The notes under the pieces were generated by a model. It had not been told where the DNA came from. It saw nothing but the letters and a program-made list of their open reading frames with translations, and made no database searches. From assembly GCA_964016885.1 (NCBI GenBank), contig OZ024742.1, positions 3,038,001 to 3,102,000 of the forward strand: 64,000 nucleotides of DNA. Reading direction: 5' to 3'. Origin of the DNA: Eledone cirrhosa. Lineage: Eukaryota. The position numbers and the translations under genes were made by a program. Positions 58,100 to 64,000 of this stretch are shown here, in pieces. Positions within the stretch are counted from its first letter, which is position 1; each line of letters begins with the position of its first letter.

Positions 58100-60622
58100 G
58101 TTCATAACATACATGCCCCATGGATAGACAGACAAATGAAAGATACAGCTCACCTTGAGGAACAAACATGGGAAAATATAACAGTTGAACAGTTGCGCTT
58201 GGCTCTAAGAAAAACCAACAAATGGAAATCACCAGGAAAAGACAAAATACAAAACTTTTGGATAAATGCCTTCACAGAGTCTCATGAGCTGTTAGCCCAA
58301 CTTTACAATGAAATAGTTAAGGAGCCAGAAAAGATACCATCATGGCTAGTTAACGGCATTACATTCCTGCTTCCGAAGAATGATGAGACAAACAATCCCA
58401 AAAATTACAGACCGATAACTTGCTTGACCACAATGTATAAAATTTTAACATCGGTCCTAACTGAATACACATATGACCACCTGATAACAAATGACCTATT
58501 TCCCATTGAGCAGAAAGGGTGTAAACGAGGCTCATATGGCTGTAAGGATCAGCTTCTGGTTAACAAAATGATACTGGAAGATTGTCATAATAGACACAAA
58601 AATCTATCTATTGCTTGGATAGATTATAAAAAAGCATTCGATAGTTTGCCACACAGTTGGATTGAAAAATGTTTAGAGATTTTCAAAATATCCCCCGTTG
58701 TCAGGAGGTTTTTGTCATTCAGTATGAAGACATGGAAAACGACACTCCTTTTGAATAGTGAAACAAAATCACTGGAAGCTGGAGAAGTTAATATTAAGTG
58801 TGGAATTTTTCAGGGTGACTCTTTATCACCGCTTTTATTCTGCATCGCACTTATACCATTAAGTAAAATGCTCAATGAAACAAATCATGGATATAAAGTC
58901 TATGACAAAACCATTAATCACCTGTTCTACATGGATGACCTGAAACTATTTGCAAAAAATGATGAACAATTGCAAGGGCTATTATCCACTGTGAAGCAGT
59001 TCAGTGATGACATTAAAATGGAGTTTGGACTAGATAAATGCGCCAAAGCAACGTTCACCAGAGGAAAGCTGCTGAAGAGTTCAGACATTAATCTTGATCG
59101 GGGGAACGTGATAAGAGAAATTGATCAAGAAAAAACTTACAAATATCTAGGTGTTTGTGAAGGAGACGGAATAAAGCACTCGACAATGAGGGAAAGGATA
59201 AGGAAGGAATGTTACCGCAGAGTGAGAGCAATCTTAAAAACGGAATTGAATGCAAGGAATTGGATCGATACCATAAACACGCTTGCCATACCAGTAGTAA
59301 CCTACAGTTACAATGTCATCAACTGGTCAAGCACAGAGATCCGTAGGCTCGATACAAAAATTCGAAAATTCTTAACCATGCACAGAATGCATCACCCTAA
59401 AGCAGATATAGATAGAATATATCTCCCTAGGAAAGAAGGAGGACGTGGGTTAATCCAGTTAGACATTGCGTTGAAAACTGCAACAATTGGATTATCTACA
59501 TATCTAAGGGAATCACATGATTGGATGATCAAACTCGTTTTGAAACACGAAAGCATCAAAAGATCATATTCCATTACAAAAGATGCACAAAGATACAGTA
59601 ATGGACTACAAATTTCAGAAGTCCCATTTACTGCTGAAATGGAAAACACAGAAAAAGCAAAGCAGGTAAAAGTAACTGCAAAGAAAGAACTGCTACAGAA
59701 ACTGGCTAAGAAATGGCAAGAAAAGCCTCTGTATGGAAAATACCCAGAGCGAGCTAACAATCCTGATGTTGACAAAACTTTAACCCATCAGTGGTTGGCA
59801 TCCTCTGGACTGAAATCGGAGACTGAAGGACTGATTATATCGGCACAAGATCAGTGTCTGCCAACAAAAAATTACCAAGCCAACATAATAAAAAATGGGT
59901 GCAGCCCATTATGCCGTGTATGCAAAAAACAACCAGAGACCATTGACCATATAATTTCAATGTGCAGTCCTATAGCTCCAACCGAATACCTAAACAGGCA
60001 TGACAGAGCTGCACAATACATACATTGGATAATGTGTAAGCATTTTGACCTGCCCCATCAAAAGAATTGGTGGGAGCATCAACCACCTCCCATACTTGAA
60101 AAAGATCACATCTCAATCTTGTGGAACTTTAGCATCCAAACAGACCGAAAAATAGATGCAAACAGACCTGATATAATATTGAAAGACTTTCAAAAGAGGG
60201 TATGCCTGCTAATTGATATGTCTGTTCCAATAGACATGAATGTATCTATAAAAACATTTGAAAAATTGAGCAAGTATAAGGACCTGGAGATAGAAATTGG
60301 AAACATGTGGAAATTGAGAACTAAAACAATACCAGTGGTTGTAGGCGCTTTGGGAATGATACCTAAGGGGTCTAATGATTACATATCGCAAATCCCAGGA
60401 AACCCGCGTATAGGAGAAATACAAAAGATAGTACTAATGGGAACTGCCCATATACTAAGGAAGATTCTGTCAATATAAGTACATCACAAGTCTAAACACT
60501 AAAGATGCATGTGTGAATATGTATGTTCTTTCTTGAACATGGCGGACCTTGTTGTCTCTTGAAGTCACTGGTTGTGACTTGGTGATAACTCGTATGAACA
60601 TAAAGCAAGATAAATGCAACTG
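58100..60622 (+). mobile_element. 5'-truncated R4/Dong-like LINE inserted in (TAA)n
   Basis: (TAA)n at 58060-58099 and 60623-60642; ~145-bp 3' UTR. Confidence 0.93.
58136..60478 (+). CDS. Uninterrupted RT + CCHC knuckle + restriction-like endonuclease ORF (780 aa; frame open from 58100; N-terminus missing)
   Basis: WIDYKKAFDS, GIFQGDSLSP, YMDD, CRVC..ETIDHIISMC, RHD, NRPDI, LIDMSVP, KLSKY. Confidence 0.93.
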   Translation: MKDTAHLEEQTWENITVEQLRLALRKTNKWKSPGKDKIQNFWINAFTESHELLAQLYNEIVKEPEKIPSWLVNGITFLLPKNDETNNPKNYRPITCLTTMYKILTSVLTEYTYDHLITNDLFPIEQKGCKRGSYGCKDQLLVNKMILEDCHNRHKNLSIAWIDYKKAFDSLPHSWIEKCLEIFKISPVVRRFLSFSMKTWKTTLLLNSETKSLEAGEVNIKCGIFQGDSLSPLLFCIALIPLSKMLNETNHGYKVYDKTINHLFYMDDLKLFAKNDEQLQGLLSTVKQFSDDIKMEFGLDKCAKATFTRGKLLKSSDINLDRGNVIREIDQEKTYKYLGVCEGDGIKHSTMRERIRKECYRRVRAILKTELNARNWIDTINTLAIPVVTYSYNVINWSSTEIRRLDTKIRKFLTMHRMHHPKADIDRIYLPRKEGGRGLIQLDIALKTATIGLSTYLRESHDWMIKLVLKHESIKRSYSITKDAQRYSNGLQISEVPFTAEMENTEKAKQVKVTAKKELLQKLAKKWQEKPLYGKYPERANNPDVDKTLTHQWLASSGLKSETEGLIISAQDQCLPTKNYQANIIKNGCSPLCRVCKKQPETIDHIISMCSPIAPTEYLNRHDRAAQYIHWIMCKHFDLPHQKNWWEHQPPPILEKDHISILWNFSIQTDRKIDANRPDIILKDFQKRVCLLIDMSVPIDMNVSIKTFEKLSKYKDLEIEIGNMWKLRTKTIPVVVGALGMIPKGSNDYISQIPGNPRIGEIQKIVLMGTAHILRKILSI

Positions 60623-60653
<31 letters not shown>

Positions 60654-61070
60654 AAAATTCAGACCCAAAATATATTGTTATAAGGCTCAAATATTCAAAT
60701 ATTCAACTTTGTATTGTACATTGTATATTCAAAAAAGAAAATGGCTATAAATTAAAGAAGAAGACCCCCCCCCCCCTCCTCTGTCTACACTATATAGAAC
60801 AGCCAAACAACACCAATCTCACCAACACCAGAAACTAGATACACCGCCTACCCCATCACCTCTCTGTGTACACTAAACACAACAGCCAGATAACGGCAAT
60901 TTCACCACAACCAATCTCAACATAATAATGATAATAATAAATACTATTATTATTGTCCCAAGTTTTAACAAAATGTTTAATTCCAACATTAAGGGAATTT
61001 ATGTCAACACATATACGACTAACCCCATAGATTCACCGAACGGACATCAGTAACGACAACGCCGCCCATC

Positions 61071-61282
61071 CATCATTACTACCACTATCCCATCACCGCC
61101 GCCACCACTCCTTCATTGCTACCACCGCTACAACACCATCACTACAGTAATACGACCACATCACCACCACCACTGCCATCATTACTACCACTATCCCATC
61201 ACCGCCGCCACCACTCCTTCATTGCTACCACCGCTACAACACCATCACTACAGTAATACGATCACATAAACCACCACCACTG
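61071..61282 (+). repeat. 2 x 106-bp tandem duplication (CAC/CAT-rich)
   Basis: catcattactaccactatcccatcaccgccgcc... at 61071 and 61177. Confidence 0.9.
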
Positions 61283-61684
61283 CCTCAGTATCGACATCAC
61301 CACCACCACTGTCTCAGTATCGCTACCGCCGCTATTCTCTCCCATTGCTTCCTGCTAGTTGCTGCCACCACATTATAGAATTCCTACTAAAAAAGAGGAA
61401 GGCATCAAAATATATAGATAGACTCAAAAGAAAATAGAAAAAACAAACATCAAAACCAAAGCAGCACAGCAACAACAGCAAAAAAAGAGAAAAACAAACA
61501 GAGAAAAACAAAAACAAAAAAAAAACGTAAAGAAAATAAGAATGAAGAGAGAAACAAGCGGACGGACAGAGAAGAGAAGGGAAAAACTAAGTCAGACATT
61601 CGAACACTACATTACAATGAAACTTATGCTTATTCATTTTGGGGGTTTTTTCTGCCAGTGTGTTTGTTTGTTTATTTGTGTTTG

Positions 61685-64000
61685 TCTACAGCGTGGTGAT
61701 AATGCCACACAAGAGCCAAGTGGAGCGGCGCAACCACCGGAGACGGTGAATCCACAGATGGTTATGTAACCATACATTCGCCAATCCTCGATAAGAGTGT
61801 TTAAATATCGAACCTAAACAGTTCGAATAACGGTGAAATGGAGACTAGAACGTCATGTGACAGACTCTCACCCAACAGGTGCTCCCTGGCTCAGCAGCAG
61901 AAACCTGGCTGTCACCCAAATACTGCTGGTGTCGGAGGAAGAAGAAGAAGGAAAGGGACCAGAACCAACTGGACGAAAGAATTGAATAGAACTGTTATGC
62001 AATGTTACCTGAAAAGTAACCCCAAGGAGAGAGGCTATAGGAGACGGATGCATAACATCTGGAACGAGATTGGTCTATTTAAATTAGATGAACAAAAATT
62101 GGCCGGGCAGGCTCGGGTAATAAGAACTAATGGGTGGATAAGCGAGCTGGAACTGGAGGAACTGAGCAGAGAGATTAGCTTGGAGATGGAGAGTGGAGTA
62201 TGCCAGGCAAACAAGCCAGTGGGAAATGAAGGTGAAGAGATCGAGAGAACGGAGGTACCACTCGAAGCAGACAATGATCTGAATACTGAGATAAATAATA
62301 CCTGGAACAGAGATACGGTCACTGAGGAGATGAATGCTGACGGGCTAGGACAAGATTCGGTTGATATCCTAAATTTAGTGGTAGATGAATTGAACAATGA
62401 TAGTGGGAGACCTATGAACCTAAGATTTGTAGACAGGAAAAAGTTAAAAGAAACAATAGCTAAGGTAAACAAAGTCATCCCATACCTTGAGGCGAGGAGC
62501 CTTCACCAGTGCAACAATATCCTCAAAGCAACAGCAAATACGGTGAGGAAACTACTTGGTATAAAAGCGAGAGGAAACAACAGACAAGAAAGAGCAGAGC
62601 CTTGGTGGAAGAAACGACTGAGTGGTCAAATCAGGGAAATGAGAAATGACATTGGAAAGCTTGAGTCACTACTGAATGGGACACTAAAAAACATAGGCAC
62701 TAAAAATAGACTGGAAATAAAGTACAAAACTAGGAGGAAAAAGCTAAATATTATCATAGAGGAACTGAAGCAACGCATTGTAGCAAAGAGTTCAAAAATC
62801 AGGCGATACGAGAACAGAGTCAGTCAGTATAAACAGAACCGCATGTTCAACAACAACCAGAAGATGCTGTTTGGACAGCTTGAGGGGAAAGAAAGAGGCA
62901 ACGCCTTGATCCCTGAGGCGGAACAAACTAAAACATTCTGGCGAGGAATATGGGAGCAGGATGTTAGACATAAGGACCAGGCAGGGTGGATTGAAACAGT
63001 ACAGAGGGAGATCGATGAGCAGGCACACCAAAAACTGATTTGAGTATCACAGTTGAAACTCTTAAGGGGCAGGCCAAAAAACTAACCAACTGGAACTCGC
63101 CAGGCCCAGATGGTGTGCAGGGGTATTGGATTAAAAATATAACATCCCTCCACCCGAAACTGATAACCATGTTCAATGACTGCTTGATGTCAGGTGAGGT
63201 ACCAGAGTGGTTGACAAAAGGTACCACAGTTCTGATAATGAAAGACCGAATCAAGGGTAATGATGTTACCAACTATAGACCAATCATATGTCTGTCCGTA
63301 ATGTGGAAACTGTTGACGAGCATTGTGTCTGAGGAAATCTACCATCACCTCCACACAAACAACTTGTTACCGGACGAACAGAAAGGATGCCGAAAGAAGT
63401 CACGTGGTACAAAGGACCAGTTACTTATTGATAAGATGGTAATGGGGAATTGCAGGAGGAGACACACTGATCTTGCCATGGGATGGATAGACTACAGAAA
63501 GGCATTTGACATGGTGCCTCATTCTTGGATCACCAAAAGCCTGGAGATCTTCAAGGTGGCAGATAACATCAGACGGTTCCTGGGCAGGAGTATGAGGTCC
63601 TGGGAAACACAGTTGACATCAACTGGAGAATCCTTGGGAGGCGTGAAGATCAAGAGAGGTATCTTCCAGTGAGATAGCCTGTCCCCTCTGTTGTTTGTCC
63701 TTGCCCTGATGCCCCTGACCATTATACTGCGAAAAGTGAGAGCAGGATACAGGTTGGGAAAGGGAGGGCTTACCATCAATCACCTCCTCTTCATGGACGA
63801 TCTTAAGCTCTTCGGGAAGAGTGAGAAGGAGTTGGATGTGCTTGTTGACACTGTCCGTATGTTCAGCAGTGATATATGTATGCAGTTTGGTATTAGTAAG
63901 TGTGGAGTCAGTGTGATGAGGAGGGGTAGGTTGAGCAGAAGTAACGGAATCCAGATACCAACAGGTGAGATGATAAAGGAAATTGACTCTGAGGAAGGAT
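61685..64000 (+). mobile_element. R4/Dong-like LINE 5' part (ORF from 61838; frameshift ~63040; TGA at 63670), runs off window
   Basis: WTKELN..MQCY..GYRRRMH, PWWKKRL, SPGPDGVQGYW, WIDYRKAFD, IFQ*DSLSP, LFMDD. Confidence 0.92.

Noticed and set aside
63670-63672. TGA readthrough in the Dong-like RT
   Set aside because: It replaces the conserved Gly of QGD (GGA>TGA) in a copy that is also frameshifted.

Overview
This is AT-rich animal genomic DNA, probably from an octopod cephalopod (inferred from the SINEs and the microsatellite load). It consists almost entirely of retroelement debris embedded in (TA)n, (TATG)n and (TAA)n microsatellites. Bases 1-45 kb are dominated by Penelope-like elements (PLEs) of at least two clades: Naiad-like (YRDD RT, CNC-x5-C linker, GIY-YIG) and Neptune-like. 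Nearly every PLE insertion is a head-to-head inverted pair with both 3' ends pointing outward, with arms from about 25 bp to about 1.9 kb. The 3' repeats (pLTRs) carry type I hammerhead ribozyme (HHR) motifs from about 9 unrelated families. In several families the canonical CUGANGA core is replaced by CCGANGA or CAGANGA in every copy. Bases 46-64 kb are a nest of LINEs: three R4/Dong-like elements (one with an undisrupted 780-aa RT+REL frame), a near-full-length RTE with three C-terminal C2H2 fingers, and a full-length plus a partial L1/Tx1. A ~600-bp RTE-derived non-autonomous element occurs three times, and one copy is followed by a 3.5-kb compound microsatellite. The only plausible host-gene piece is a putative terminal coding exon at 41618-41781 (-). 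All alignments and RNA folds were done by eye, so boundaries are approximate.
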